A program made the position numbers and the translations under genes. From the IMG/VR virus record IMGVR_UViG_2100351000_000014: a DNA stretch of 64,000 bases. One strand, 5' to 3'. The notes under the pieces are model-generated. The model was given only the letters and a program-made list of their open reading frames with translations. It did no database searches and was not told where the DNA came from. Source of the DNA: a virus. The first letter of the stretch is position 1, and each line of letters opens with the position of its first letter. Positions 18,247 through 28,077 of the stretch are shown one piece after another.

Positions 18247-18489
18247 CTACGGCTTGGGTATTTTATCGGTGAATGCCGCAACGCCTAAAAGCACACCGCC
18301 GAAAATAAGATAGGCCCACAAAACTTGCGGATTAGAATTAGCTTGAAATCCGTATACCATGCCTAGTATAACCGATGCAATCCCGAGGACTCGCTTCTCA
18401 TCACCATCATTGTTCTTATCGGTCACAAAGTCCCAAGCGAGCTTCCCAGCTTTATCAAACAATTCTTTGATCTTCATTAAAAACTTCAT
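18247..18489 (-). CDS. holin-like two-TM protein
   Basis: basic N-terminus, two TM helices, position in the lysis cassette. Confidence 0.55.
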   Translation of the reverse strand: MKFLMKIKELFDKAGKLAWDFVTDKNNDGDEKRVLGIASVILGMVYGFQANSNPQVLWAYLIFGGVLLGVAAFTDKIPKP

Positions 18490-18498
18490 GTTGTCTCC

Positions 18499-18966
18499 TT
18501 ACGCTAAAATCTGGAAAATCCGAAGTCCATCACTTTTAGGTGCTCCTTCTCGTACAGTTCTAGAGCCCCCCGCGATAGGGTCGAATATCACCGGCCTTTT
18601 AGTACCAACTACAAAATGGGTAAACTTTGTATTAGGATTGTACCACGCGCAAATAGTATAGCATCCAATAGCTTGGGGGGAGTCGATAGGGTAGTGTCCG
18701 GGAATATATCTAAGTTTGCATCCGAGTAAATTAGCTAGACGTTGCCAATCTTGAACCTCAAGTTGCCCCGCATCATCGGTATCACCATCTTTATTCAGGT
18801 CGCCAGAGATTATACCTTGTTTCTTTGCCTCATCCCATATCTGGTTCAACGCGGAAGCTGTCCACGGTTCACCTTGAAAATGTTCACGGAAGAAAGCCAA
18901 AGAAATGTAGGCGCAGCCCACATGGTTTATCTCTTTATTCAATCTAGGGTCATTCTGAAATAACAT
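18499..18966 (-). CDS. DUF261 / C39-like papain-fold peptidase, candidate endolysin
   Basis: QNDPRL....VGC....THFVVG...IFDP (Q-C-H-D arrangement). Confidence 0.6.
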   Translation of the reverse strand: MLFQNDPRLNKEINHVGCAYISLAFFREHFQGEPWTASALNQIWDEAKKQGIISGDLNKDGDTDDAGQLEVQDWQRLANLLGCKLRYIPGHYPIDSPQAIGCYTICAWYNPNTKFTHFVVGTKRPVIFDPIAGGSRTVREGAPKSDGLRIFQILA

Positions 18967-18981
18967 ATTCTGCCTCTTCGT

Positions 18982-19281
18982 CTATTTAATTATGCTAATA
19001 ACTATCACGCCGATTCCAGTGAGTGCATTGATAGCAACAAACAACAATTCAGCGTTGCTTATTTTCTTCTTGCTAGATTCTTCGTGCATTTGAATATGCA
19101 AATCCATTTTCGTATTAAGCTCTTTTATAGCTCCCATGAGATCGCGCTCACGCAATGCGGCTTCTTGTGCCTCTTGCCGTACTGATTTTTGTTCTAGTTT
19201 TATATCTTCAATGTCTTTTTCAAGACTACTCATTCTTGCTTTCAAATCAGCAATTGCGGCCTTATCTTCATCGCTGCCCAT
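18982..19281 (-). CDS. coiled-coil protein with C-terminal TM (XhlA/holin-accessory-like)
   Basis: heptad region followed by one TM. Confidence 0.5.
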   Translation of the reverse strand: MGSDEDKAAIADLKARMSSLEKDIEDIKLEQKSVRQEAQEAALRERDLMGAIKELNTKMDLHIQMHEESSKKKISNAELLFVAINALTGIGVIVISIIK

Positions 19282-19283
19282 TT

Positions 19284-19901
19284 TTAGATTCCTTTCTTTT
19301 CTTCTTCTAACTTTATCTTATCAAGGGCCTTGATAGCATCGCGGGCCACGCTTGTCGCTTCATCGATAATGCGCATATATTTTTCGCGTTCAACACTTTC
19401 TTTCTGTCTAAGTTTTTCTATTGAGTCCCGGGAGATAGACCAGAGCATAAAAAGGAATATGTCTATAAATGCAAGCCATTCGAGCGCGTGAACATATTTG
19501 TTTTCTGTATTCATAAGTGGAATGAAAATAAAAATAATGTATAGCAATACGTCAACTGAAATGCACTTAATTAAATAATGCTTTTCTACAAAACCGTATG
19601 CGAATAAAAGGACTATCGAAATTGAAATTATTGCAAGACCGAAAAAGTCAGAACGCGGAGAATAGCAAAGAGACCATACACCTAAAGAAAAAACTATTAT
19701 ACATTGAAATACTTTTATAAATCGTTTATCAATTGTAGATGAAAAAAAGAATAGTATCGCGATAAACGGATAACATATTTTAGGATACTGTACTAATACC
19801 ATTGCCGGACTATGCGTAAATAAACAGGTGCATATTTTTGATATGTACAATACAAGCGCAAATAGCGCAATAATTCTACCTACTCGCACTTGTGTTTTCA
19901 T
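19284..19901 (-). CDS. polytopic membrane protein with C-terminal coiled coil
   Basis: 5-6 hydrophobic segments. Confidence 0.6.
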   Translation of the reverse strand: MKTQVRVGRIIALFALVLYISKICTCLFTHSPAMVLVQYPKICYPFIAILFFFSSTIDKRFIKVFQCIIVFSLGVWSLCYSPRSDFFGLAIISISIVLLFAYGFVEKHYLIKCISVDVLLYIIFIFIPLMNTENKYVHALEWLAFIDIFLFMLWSISRDSIEKLRQKESVEREKYMRIIDEATSVARDAIKALDKIKLEEEKKGI

Positions 19902-20294
19902 TTAATCATCCCATACAGATTCAACTGCTTCGCTAGCGCTCATTACACTAGCAATTTCAGGATAACTAACTTCTGCTGCGGTCGCTTCCTTTACAAGGCT
20001 ATCCGACGTAGCTTTAAGATCGGTATTCCCATGCTCTTTGATTTTGTGGTTAAGATAGATTATCTTAGCGAGTCGTTTGCATTGCTCTTTTGCCCCATCG
20101 TCATTGGCATTAAAAGCGAATGAAACTTCCATGCGGTTAACAAAATCTTTCTTATCCTCATCGTTCTCGTCGAACGGAGTGCCACCCGCAAGTTCAGCAA
20201 GGTACATATTCTCAATTACCCATGCCCACCTATCAGCGTTTTTAGCTCCGCAAAGTTTTGGCATTGACTTGAAGAAATCTAGCGTAGTTCCCAT
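19902..20294 (-). CDS. hypothetical protein
   Basis: GGAG RBS; between tail and lysis genes. Confidence 0.55.
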   Translation of the reverse strand: MGTTLDFFKSMPKLCGAKNADRWAWVIENMYLAELAGGTPFDENDEDKKDFVNRMEVSFAFNANDDGAKEQCKRLAKIIYLNHKIKEHGNTDLKATSDSLVKEATAAEVSYPEIASVMSASEAVESVWDD

Positions 20295-20304
20295 GTTGTT
20301 GCTC

Positions 20305-20526
20305 CTATGATAAATTGTATTTAGCTCTAAGCTCGGATATTTCTGTTCTCATTGTCGCGCGTTTGGTCTTTACTTCATCTGGTATCTCTGTTCCTGTTTC
20401 AGCATATCGAGCGACGTACCAGTCTGTCGAAAGTAGATATGCCTCATCGTTTGAAATTGCCTCTTTCGCGGTCTTCAATGCATTAGCAGAGTCAATATCG
20501 CTTTGTGTCAGTTTTGTTAGATTCAT
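20305..20526 (-). CDS. tail fibre assembly chaperone-like protein
   Basis: YLLSTDWYVARYAETGTEIPDEV...R..R pattern. Confidence 0.7.
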   Translation of the reverse strand: MNLTKLTQSDIDSANALKTAKEAISNDEAYLLSTDWYVARYAETGTEIPDEVKTKRATMRTEISELRAKYNLS

Positions 20527-20855
20527 ACCTCGACCTCAATCTTGTGATATTGGCCATCGTCCCAACTACCCGAGCAGCCGTTGATTTCCGTATACGTCCC
20601 GTTCGCTGTTTTTGTAACCGATATAACTGTACTTGTGTAGTATCGCGTGACCGTGAGGTAGAGGTCTCCGTCTGCGCGGTGGGCTTCATTCACGGCCCCG
20701 GCCGTTTCGGTTGAGACATTGGGCCAGCTAACTCCGTCGAGATCGAACGGCCCAATCTCCTCGCCATCAATTGAGATAGCTGTATCGCTCAACTTCTTTA
20801 TGATCGTGTCTTTCTTTGCAAGGCACGGGGAAAACTTGATATAAACTTCGCTCAT
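20523..20855 (-). CDS. tail fibre-associated protein
   Basis: follows the tail tip gene; coupled. Confidence 0.55.
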   Translation of the reverse strand: MSEVYIKFSPCLAKKDTIIKKLSDTAISIDGEEIGPFDLDGVSWPNVSTETAGAVNEAHRADGDLYLTVTRYYTSTVISVTKTANGTYTEINGCSGSWDDGQYHKIEVEV

Positions 20856-20858
20856 AAT

Positions 20859-22673
20859 TTACTCCGTATAAAAACCGATTGCTAACCAATTAACATATCC
20901 GTTTTGTGCGGAGCCAGTATTATTAACAACATAGCTAAATGTATATTGACTACCTGCGGTGTCGACGGACACGATGTCTATACCAATCCAAGTAATAGCC
21001 GGTACTGGAGTAACGAAAATATTTAACGCGTTATACTCATTAGAAAATATTGCTGGATATGGAGTAACATGTCCCGTTACTCCATTGGCCCAATTGGTTG
21101 TTGATGACTTACCCCAGCACACCTGTATCCCCGTCCCCGTGCCGAATGGATGCCGTAGCCAATATCCGTTTGAATTATATCCTAAAGTCCATGCACTATC
21201 CTGGTACACGTTCGTACCGTCACAAATAATGTCACCGGAAAAATACGTCGAATATGCAGAGGCCAACGAGGGTACACCGATAAACTTTGCATTGAGCCCG
21301 CCTGATACTCCAGTTGTTATCGTGACCTTATAAACGTTCGTGCTAGAATTAGTGCACTTGTTTACGATCTTGTATTTTTTGGTTCCGTTCCCAGCGCTGT
21401 CGGTGTAAAGTGTCAATGTTCTATCGGCAGTAAGCGCCCCGGTTAAAACTATTGTTTCGGCCAAAACTTCCGTAAGCGCTTGTGTATGATCGCCGGATGA
21501 AAAGTCATAAGTTTTTTGCGTTTCTTTGTAGTTTAGATTCCCCTTAGTCGATTGCGTCGAGTCGAGGGATGTTGACGTATCTGAAGCAACGCTAGAGATA
21601 GTCTGTGCCGCTTTACCGAATGTCATTGAGATTTCATAGTTGTTATTTTCCCACGCTTCCTCAACTTCGGTAATTTGTACGTCCCACGAAGTCCCGTATT
21701 CTTTTATGGTTATCAGGTCGCCTAGGTCATAATCAGTCCCGAGGACGAAAGGAGATTTTACAAGAGTTTGCGCGTCAACAGAAAATGAGGCCGCCGAAAG
21801 TGAAGCGAGCTCGGAAGTCCCCGCCGTGGTTAGGGCCGTGGTAGTCTGTAGGCTTGACTGGTCTATATATTCCTCGCGTCGTGTTATGTTTGTTGGTTCA
21901 GTAGCCGCATTGACTTTTATAATCGTTTTGTCCGCAAGCTCGCCTTGCCCGCCTACGTAGACAACGTTTTTATATCCCGATGATTGATCGGTAATTGTGG
22001 CTTTTTTAAGCGTGTCGTAATTAGAGGAAAAAATAATAACGGGGTTTACGCTCTGGCTTGCGCTATGATTTGTCCCTGGATTGCATTCAAGTATGAGCTT
22101 TAGATTGACAGTATCAAGGTAGCAATACCACCCCATGTACGGATTCTGTGATTCAGCCGCATTTTTTAGATCGTCCGCTAGGTTGGTGTAGAATCGGTTC
22201 ATAATGTAACTATTCCCGCGAGCTTGGTCTGTGGCAATTGTGAGTATACTGAACTGTCTCGATGTGCTAGAACCGGCCCCGCATTGATCGTATACCGTGT
22301 TTTTTATTACCGTTTCAATAGGTGCGCTTTGATTGTAATAGTTGTTTCCACTAGCCGGGATGATCAGACGGCGGGCGAAAATACCCTTTGCTTCCTTGCC
22401 AGTTATCGTGATTGTCTGCGAGCCCTTGCCGTCTTGATCAACTTCTTTTGATAAGTCTTCGATAATCCCGATCCTGCGAACATCGGGATAGAACCATACG
22501 AAATAATCCTTCTGGAAGGTCGAGGCAAAATTGGCATTGTAATTGATTTTTACTTGGAATGTCCCACACCCAGACTGCGAGCGGATAAAATATGCCTGTT
22601 CATAGGCATCTACCTCCGCTATAAAGGTTAGATTTGAGTCAAAAACACGAAGGGGGCATTTTTGCAAAGCCAT
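20859..22673 (-). CDS. siphovirus Gp37-like tail tip protein with fibre-like C-terminus
   Basis: YKNVVYVGGQGE..., DYDLGDLITI...ITEVEE...FG; C-terminal NGYWL..GIQVCWG. Confidence 0.8.
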   Translation of the reverse strand: MALQKCPLRVFDSNLTFIAEVDAYEQAYFIRSQSGCGTFQVKINYNANFASTFQKDYFVWFYPDVRRIGIIEDLSKEVDQDGKGSQTITITGKEAKGIFARRLIIPASGNNYYNQSAPIETVIKNTVYDQCGAGSSTSRQFSILTIATDQARGNSYIMNRFYTNLADDLKNAAESQNPYMGWYCYLDTVNLKLILECNPGTNHSASQSVNPVIIFSSNYDTLKKATITDQSSGYKNVVYVGGQGELADKTIIKVNAATEPTNITRREEYIDQSSLQTTTALTTAGTSELASLSAASFSVDAQTLVKSPFVLGTDYDLGDLITIKEYGTSWDVQITEVEEAWENNNYEISMTFGKAAQTISSVASDTSTSLDSTQSTKGNLNYKETQKTYDFSSGDHTQALTEVLAETIVLTGALTADRTLTLYTDSAGNGTKKYKIVNKCTNSSTNVYKVTITTGVSGGLNAKFIGVPSLASAYSTYFSGDIICDGTNVYQDSAWTLGYNSNGYWLRHPFGTGTGIQVCWGKSSTTNWANGVTGHVTPYPAIFSNEYNALNIFVTPVPAITWIGIDIVSVDTAGSQYTFSYVVNNTGSAQNGYVNWLAIGFYTE

Positions 22674-22683
22674 TAAAAACCTC

Positions 22684-22712
22684 TTGACAAAATTAATATA
22701 AATAAATATTAT
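22684..22712 (+). promoter_or_regulatory. sigma70 promoter of the lipoprotein moron
   Basis: TTGACA-17-TATTAT, then AGGAG RBS. Confidence 0.75.
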
Positions 22713-22727
22713 ATAACCAATATAGGA

Positions 22728-23018
22728 GTGAGTATGAAAAGATTTTTTTTATTGATTGCGATTTTTCTCCTGTTTTTTTCGTGTTCGCCCATAGCTAAGC
22801 AGGATTATCCTATTAATGTATATCTAGTTTATCATTCAGAACCTTCTTTATATGGTGACAAAAATCTTCTTAATTCAATTTATAAACAGGATATAGCATA
22901 TGATTATAATGAATTAAATAATATATTGATTGAATATAATAAAATAAAAACTATAAACCCATATCTTGTATTGATTATTGGATTATATGCACAACCTAAA
23001 ATGCCTAGTACTCAATAA
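22728..23018 (+). CDS. AT-rich lipoprotein moron, antisense within the tail operon
   Basis: MKRFFLLIAIFLLFFSC lipobox, own promoter and RBS. Confidence 0.7.
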   Translation: MSMKRFFLLIAIFLLFFSCSPIAKQDYPINVYLVYHSEPSLYGDKNLLNSIYKQDIAYDYNELNNILIEYNKIKTINPYLVLIIGLYAQPKMPSTQ

Positions 23019-24285
23019 TGATTATTCCTGATCCACCAGTACCGCCAGCCTTGCCAGTGCCACCACCACTTCCGCCGCCACCACCGCCGCCACCCCCATA
23101 ATTACCAGAACTACCAGCAGCGTTGCTAAGGCCTCCTTGACCACCGGCACCTCCTCCCTGCCCCCCGATACCACCAGCAGACTTACCGGCGTGTCCGCCG
23201 CCGCCAGCAGCACCTGCACCATTAGAAGATCCAGTACCACCAACACCACATGCAGTAACAGGATCGCCTCCATTTCCTCCGCCACCGCCTACACCAGTAG
23301 TAGCACCAGAGAATGTGCTACTTGTACCAGATGATCCATTAGCTCCACTTCCGGAACCGCCAGAACCACCCGAACCAACTGAATATGCTAACAATGTTCC
23401 AGGAGTAACTGATATAACATCTCCAATAACCGCACTAATATTTGTTCCGCCGCCACCACCGCCGCCAATACCTGGCACACTTCCACCATCGCTACCAGCC
23501 CCCCCACCTCCTCCACCTCCCACGCAAGTAACCCTTATTTTCCTTACTCCGTCAGGGACAGTCCAATTCCCAGAACCAGAAGTAAGAAGAACCTTTTCTC
23601 CGCGCCAAACATTGGAAGGATTATAGGCGAGAAAGGTTGGCCAATTTGTGCCTAAAGCAGTAGTTAATGCTGTATTCCATGAAGATTGAATTGCAAGTGC
23701 AGCAGAGGATGATGGAACATGAGACTGACTCAATGCTTCGGCTAGGGCGCTTGGCCAATTTGCTCCAATATCTGTTTTAAGGGCAGCAGCCCAATTTGTA
23801 TTCCCCGCTGGAATTGGTGCATAGACTCTTTGATCGGTAACGGCATAGCTATAAGTACCAGCCGTGTTAGTCGTGAGAACATCGGCAAGGTAAACATCCG
23901 TGCCAGAAGTGATTGAAGCGGGCGTTGCGGTATTAGCAATTAGTACAGACGTTCCAGCGATGGTTACAACGTGCATGGTATTAGGAGATGGTACAGAGTC
24001 AACACGAACGACGAATGTCGTGTACTGTTTATATCCTGGTGAAGGGAGAGTAAGGGCCTTTGTAAGGCTTGCGGTATTCTGGTATCCATGACCACTTTTG
24101 GTAGCGCAACCAGTATTAACTACTCCATTTCCAGCCCCATCAGAGGTAACAGAGAGAGCATTATCGAGCCCACGGATAACTCCATCTGGACGGCCCATTG
24201 TATTGTAAAGCCACGTAACGAAGTCAGTCGCCGAATAAGTTGGGGCACCCGTAACAGCCGTGAAGAAATAACTATTTTCTGCCAT
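23005..24285 (-). CDS. tail fibre / baseplate protein with glycine-rich C-terminal domain
   Basis: N-terminal baseplate-like region; LTSGSGNWTVPDGV..IRVTCVGGGGGGG...GGSGIIIIEY. Confidence 0.8.
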   Translation of the reverse strand: MAENSYFFTAVTGAPTYSATDFVTWLYNTMGRPDGVIRGLDNALSVTSDGAGNGVVNTGCATKSGHGYQNTASLTKALTLPSPGYKQYTTFVVRVDSVPSPNTMHVVTIAGTSVLIANTATPASITSGTDVYLADVLTTNTAGTYSYAVTDQRVYAPIPAGNTNWAAALKTDIGANWPSALAEALSQSHVPSSSAALAIQSSWNTALTTALGTNWPTFLAYNPSNVWRGEKVLLTSGSGNWTVPDGVRKIRVTCVGGGGGGGAGSDGGSVPGIGGGGGGGTNISAVIGDVISVTPGTLLAYSVGSGGSGGSGSGANGSSGTSSTFSGATTGVGGGGGNGGDPVTACGVGGTGSSNGAGAAGGGGHAGKSAGGIGGQGGGAGGQGGLSNAAGSSGNYGGGGGGGGGSGGGTGKAGGTGGSGIIIIEY

Positions 24286-24286
24286 A

Positions 24287-25162
24287 CTAAGCTCCTATAT
24301 ATCTATTGCTAAAATACAAAGTACAAATATCAGTAGTGCTAGATGAATCATCTGACAATTGTACTGAATTATTCCCTATTCCAAGTTGCCAAAAGGTTGA
24401 ACCTAGGTTCAAGAGATTCATTGCAGATACTTTTATTCCTGTCGCTATCGGAGTAAAGTAAACGGTCTTGTTTCCAAACTCTGTATTTATTTCTAGTAAG
24501 TCTCCGGCGACCATCGTCTTTGTTATTTTGATATATTCGCCAGTTGTTAGATTCTCAATTTTAGGATTAGTACACGGGCCATAAAGTATAATGTTTATTG
24601 GAGTTGTATAATCGCCAGTATTATTTACTATTTTTGTTGTGCCATAGTAATATGAAAGTATGATAGTCGGATTGAATGTAATCGGGAAGGTTGTGTTAGC
24701 CACGGTGTCTTGAAGTAGCACTGAACTTTGCGTAACATCGTACCAGTATGGGTCGGGACATTCGAATACAACAGAATAAGTTTGAACCGCGTCGTTGGCA
24801 TTTTTGTTCGGAAATATTTTACCATCGGCATAAACGAAAGCAGTGGTCTTGTAAGTCGTATTGTTATTTTGATAAGCAAGCGTACCAGTTCCAAGTTTAG
24901 GATTGAGTACACTTAGCATATTCCGTCTTGCGGTTTGTATCGCGCTTAGGTCTTGCGCAATTGCGATTCCACCCTGAATGTTTATGTCTCGAATATCATA
25001 GAGCCCATCGATATAGGTTGAACCATCCTGGAACGGGGCTTTCTGTGAAAAGACATTTAATGCTGGTGCGTCTATACCTTCGAGACTAGTAATATAGTAT
25101 TCAGAACCACCCCCGAATGTTATTGATTGACCTAGCGAATTAATAAACGTAAGTATACGCAT
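24287..25162 (-). CDS. distal tail protein (Dit)
   Basis: follows TMP; LEGID.P...QDGS....L..RDINIQG...F.CPDPYW...N.GDYTTP. Confidence 0.85.
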   Translation of the reverse strand: MRILTFINSLGQSITFGGGSEYYITSLEGIDAPALNVFSQKAPFQDGSTYIDGLYDIRDINIQGGIAIAQDLSAIQTARRNMLSVLNPKLGTGTLAYQNNNTTYKTTAFVYADGKIFPNKNANDAVQTYSVVFECPDPYWYDVTQSSVLLQDTVANTTFPITFNPTIILSYYYGTTKIVNNTGDYTTPINIILYGPCTNPKIENLTTGEYIKITKTMVAGDLLEINTEFGNKTVYFTPIATGIKVSAMNLLNLGSTFWQLGIGNNSVQLSDDSSSTTDICTLYFSNRYIGA

Positions 25163-25164
25163 TG

Positions 25165-27405
25165 CTAGACTCCATAGGCCAATTGACGAGCGGCAAGAAC
25201 AGCCTGACGCCGAGCTTCAAAAATCGAGAGCTGCTTAGGGGAATTAATCGTAATGCTTAGATTTTTAGAAGCAGAGCCCCCAAAAGCCGCGCTAGTTCCC
25301 GTTGCATTAGTAACCGTCGAGCCTTGCGGGATAGTTACGAGTTCCGGGCCTTGCTCTCCTACCATGTAGGTACCAGCAACAGAATAATCAGTTCCCGTCG
25401 CTGCATAGGACTGAGCCATCGCGCTAATCACACCAGAGGCAATTAAAGCAGCAACAGAGCCAGCAACAGCTATTGCAGCGCCACCCCAATCTAACGATAC
25501 TGCGTGAACTACGGCTAATGCGGCAAGTTGCTCGCCAATACTTTTCAAAATATCAGCCAGCGCCGATAATGCAACGTTAGCGAGAGAAGTCCACGCATCC
25601 TCACCTCGATAAAGAGCTTCCCCCATTGCCTCTAGCCCATCGCTAAATACAGAACCTATCGAAGATGCAATAGAACTAACTACATCATTCCAAGACTTTG
25701 CCTTTTCTACCATTTGCGCATAGGTATTAGCCCACGCATTAGCAACCGTAGTACCGGCAGCAATTTGTTTATCTTTTGCCTCATTACTTACTTGCACAAT
25801 TTGATCTTGATATGTCTTGTGTATATTTGCGATAGTTGCTTCGCTAGCTCCCATTGCCTTTGCTTTGGCAACTTCGGCGTCTTCCTGCTTTTCTATGCTA
25901 TCAATTGTGTATTGCAATGATAAAGCATCATAGCCCTTTTGTTTACTAAGCAAGTCAAGCGAAGACTTAGCAGCCTTGTCCGCCCATTCACTTTCATAGC
26001 TCGCTTTTTTATCAGCATCGTCTTTTTTCTTTTTAAGATAAGCGGCTTCCCATTCGGCTACTTCTTTTTCTTGAGACCATGAATCATAAACAGCTTTAGC
26101 GGCATCTTCTTCGGCCTTTGTTTGGGCTGCCAATGCAACAGCAGCAGCCTTTGAATTATCAGCCTGATTTTTAGATGCTGCTGCAAGTTTGTTTTGGGCA
26201 TCTCTAGTTGCATCTATTTGAGTCTCTACATTTTTTAATGCAGCGTTAATTCCTGTAGCGGTAGATATATCAACAGGGTCAAGGAACCTTATTTGTTTCC
26301 CGCCCAACGCCTTTGCTAAATTATTGTATGTAGCTATTACACCGTTTATTAGGGCTATGGTAGCATTCGCCATGTATGAAGAAAAGTCTAGTATGGCTTT
26401 CAAAACTTCAAGAGCTACTTTCTCTGTTTCCAGCCATAGCAGTTTCCATCCACCAGTGGCATTCTGCAATGAAAACAATGCGGTAACAACTAATGCAATC
26501 GCTCCTAAAATAGGATTAAACAATCCAATAATAAGAGATAGCGCGGCGGCGATTCCCTCGATTACTCCAATTACTATTTCCTTGTGTTGTACAAGGTATT
26601 CAATTATTTTAGTTATTATGTCTCGTATCGGCTTTATTCCACTCTCAAAAAACTCACCAAGAATAGACCTTAATTCACCTATTTGATTTTTCTGGTTAGC
26701 GATAGAAACAGCCGTGCTCCCAGAAAGAGTATCAGCAAATTGTCCATACTTCTTATTTACTATATCGATAGCTTCTCCGTGCTCCAATTGTTCTTTAGTA
26801 AGATCAGCCAACTCTGGAGTCATTTTAGCCATGCGCCCAGAGCTCCCTGAAAATGTTTGATTTAATTGAGCCAATGCCGTATTAAGATCTGTACCAGTAG
26901 CCGCAGCAAGGCCCTGAGCTGCGGTCATCATTTTTTTAATTTGATCTTCCGTTCGTCCAGTGGCCGATAGCATTGCTATTTGACTTTGCACCGATGAGGT
27001 AGTGTTTCCTGTGAGCAAACCGAAACTAGTTGCAAGATCATTTAGCCTAGCGTTAGCTCCTTCTGCCATTGAAGCATTAGCGGCTATTGCAGCATTAAAC
27101 TTTAATTGTGCTGTCTCATCTTCGGCGAAATCTGCGGTTGTTTCGGAAATTACTTTTTTCAATCCCTCGAATGCTGCGACCATAATGCCGACAGACCCCG
27201 CGAGCATGGGGCCTGTAGTTCCAAACTTTGAAGCCATCTGGTCAATATCAATTCCGAATCCCTTGAAAAAACTAGACCCCTTTTCATACATTTTGTCTAG
27301 GTTAATTCCCCAGTCATTCAAGCCAGATTCGAGATTATCGAAAGTGGCTTGGAATCCAGAGTCGTCTGCGGTTATTTTTGCATTTATTTCGTATGTATCG
27401 CTCAT
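25165..27405 (-). CDS. tape measure protein
   Basis: 746-aa Ala-rich helical protein with hydrophobic blocks between chaperones and Dit. Confidence 0.9.
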   Translation of the reverse strand: MSDTYEINAKITADDSGFQATFDNLESGLNDWGINLDKMYEKGSSFFKGFGIDIDQMASKFGTTGPMLAGSVGIMVAAFEGLKKVISETTADFAEDETAQLKFNAAIAANASMAEGANARLNDLATSFGLLTGNTTSSVQSQIAMLSATGRTEDQIKKMMTAAQGLAAATGTDLNTALAQLNQTFSGSSGRMAKMTPELADLTKEQLEHGEAIDIVNKKYGQFADTLSGSTAVSIANQKNQIGELRSILGEFFESGIKPIRDIITKIIEYLVQHKEIVIGVIEGIAAALSLIIGLFNPILGAIALVVTALFSLQNATGGWKLLWLETEKVALEVLKAILDFSSYMANATIALINGVIATYNNLAKALGGKQIRFLDPVDISTATGINAALKNVETQIDATRDAQNKLAAASKNQADNSKAAAVALAAQTKAEEDAAKAVYDSWSQEKEVAEWEAAYLKKKKDDADKKASYESEWADKAAKSSLDLLSKQKGYDALSLQYTIDSIEKQEDAEVAKAKAMGASEATIANIHKTYQDQIVQVSNEAKDKQIAAGTTVANAWANTYAQMVEKAKSWNDVVSSIASSIGSVFSDGLEAMGEALYRGEDAWTSLANVALSALADILKSIGEQLAALAVVHAVSLDWGGAAIAVAGSVAALIASGVISAMAQSYAATGTDYSVAGTYMVGEQGPELVTIPQGSTVTNATGTSAAFGGSASKNLSITINSPKQLSIFEARRQAVLAARQLAYGV

Positions 27406-27617
27406 AAATCCTCGAAGGGGTCATAATCGCTAGGAACCGTTGTATCATCTACCGAAGTATCTTCAAGTTTCCCGCCATTATTCAAGTAAGCAATCAATTT
27501 CATTTTTTCAAGGTCAATCTTTTTTTTCTCATCGAGCATCGTTGTCATTATTCTAGGCGTTACATTCCAAAACCATTCTTCACTTTTGCCAAGCTCGGTT
27601 TGTGCGGCCGTGAACAA
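27402..27617 (-). CDS. tail assembly chaperone, T (frameshift) portion
   Basis: LGKSEEWFWNVTPR; -1 frame open back into the upstream chaperone. Confidence 0.7.
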   Translation of the reverse strand: MFTAAQTELGKSEEWFWNVTPRIMTTMLDEKKKIDLEKMKLIAYLNNGGKLEDTSVDDTTVPSDYDPFEDL

Positions 27618-27637
27618 ATACGCCCACGGCCACCCCG

Positions 27638-28036
27638 TTATTCCTGCTTGGCCTTCCGAGGGTTTTTCTTTCCATCGCTTTTGGGTAGAGACTGGCTCAT
27701 AGCATCCTTAACAACTGATAGGACTTCCACAATATCATTCATACCATCGAGATCATCGAGCCAATTAGAAACCATGTCTTCGGTAATGTCTTCACTAGGT
27801 TCTTTAACAATACCAATAAGCAGTATATACGGAAGCTCCTTGAAAGGTCGGTCGGTCATTGCCTCACGTACTTTCAAGAAACCATCATACTTTTCCTCTA
27901 GAGCTTGCCATGCCCTAAAACTGTACTTTATCTTTCGATCTTTACCGCCGAGATTTATTACATACTCATGCGGTGCAATCTTATCAACCTCATTATCACT
28001 CATGCCTTCCACGTCCTTGAAACTATTAACAGCCAA
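27638..28036 (-). CDS. tail assembly chaperone G
   Basis: position after MTP; INLGGKDRKIKYSFRAW..LEEKY. Confidence 0.75.
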   Translation of the reverse strand: MAVNSFKDVEGMSDNEVDKIAPHEYVINLGGKDRKIKYSFRAWQALEEKYDGFLKVREAMTDRPFKELPYILLIGIVKEPSEDITEDMVSNWLDDLDGMNDIVEVLSVVKDAMSQSLPKSDGKKNPRKAKQE

Positions 28037-28077
28037 ACTAAGCCGCCCCTAACACAACGTCAGGAGCGGCAATCAAA

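Noticed and set aside
23040-23530. Repetitive CCGCC/CCACC tracts as a repeat array or DGR target
   Set aside because: They encode the Gly-rich fibre domain; no spacer structure, template repeat or reverse transcriptase was seen
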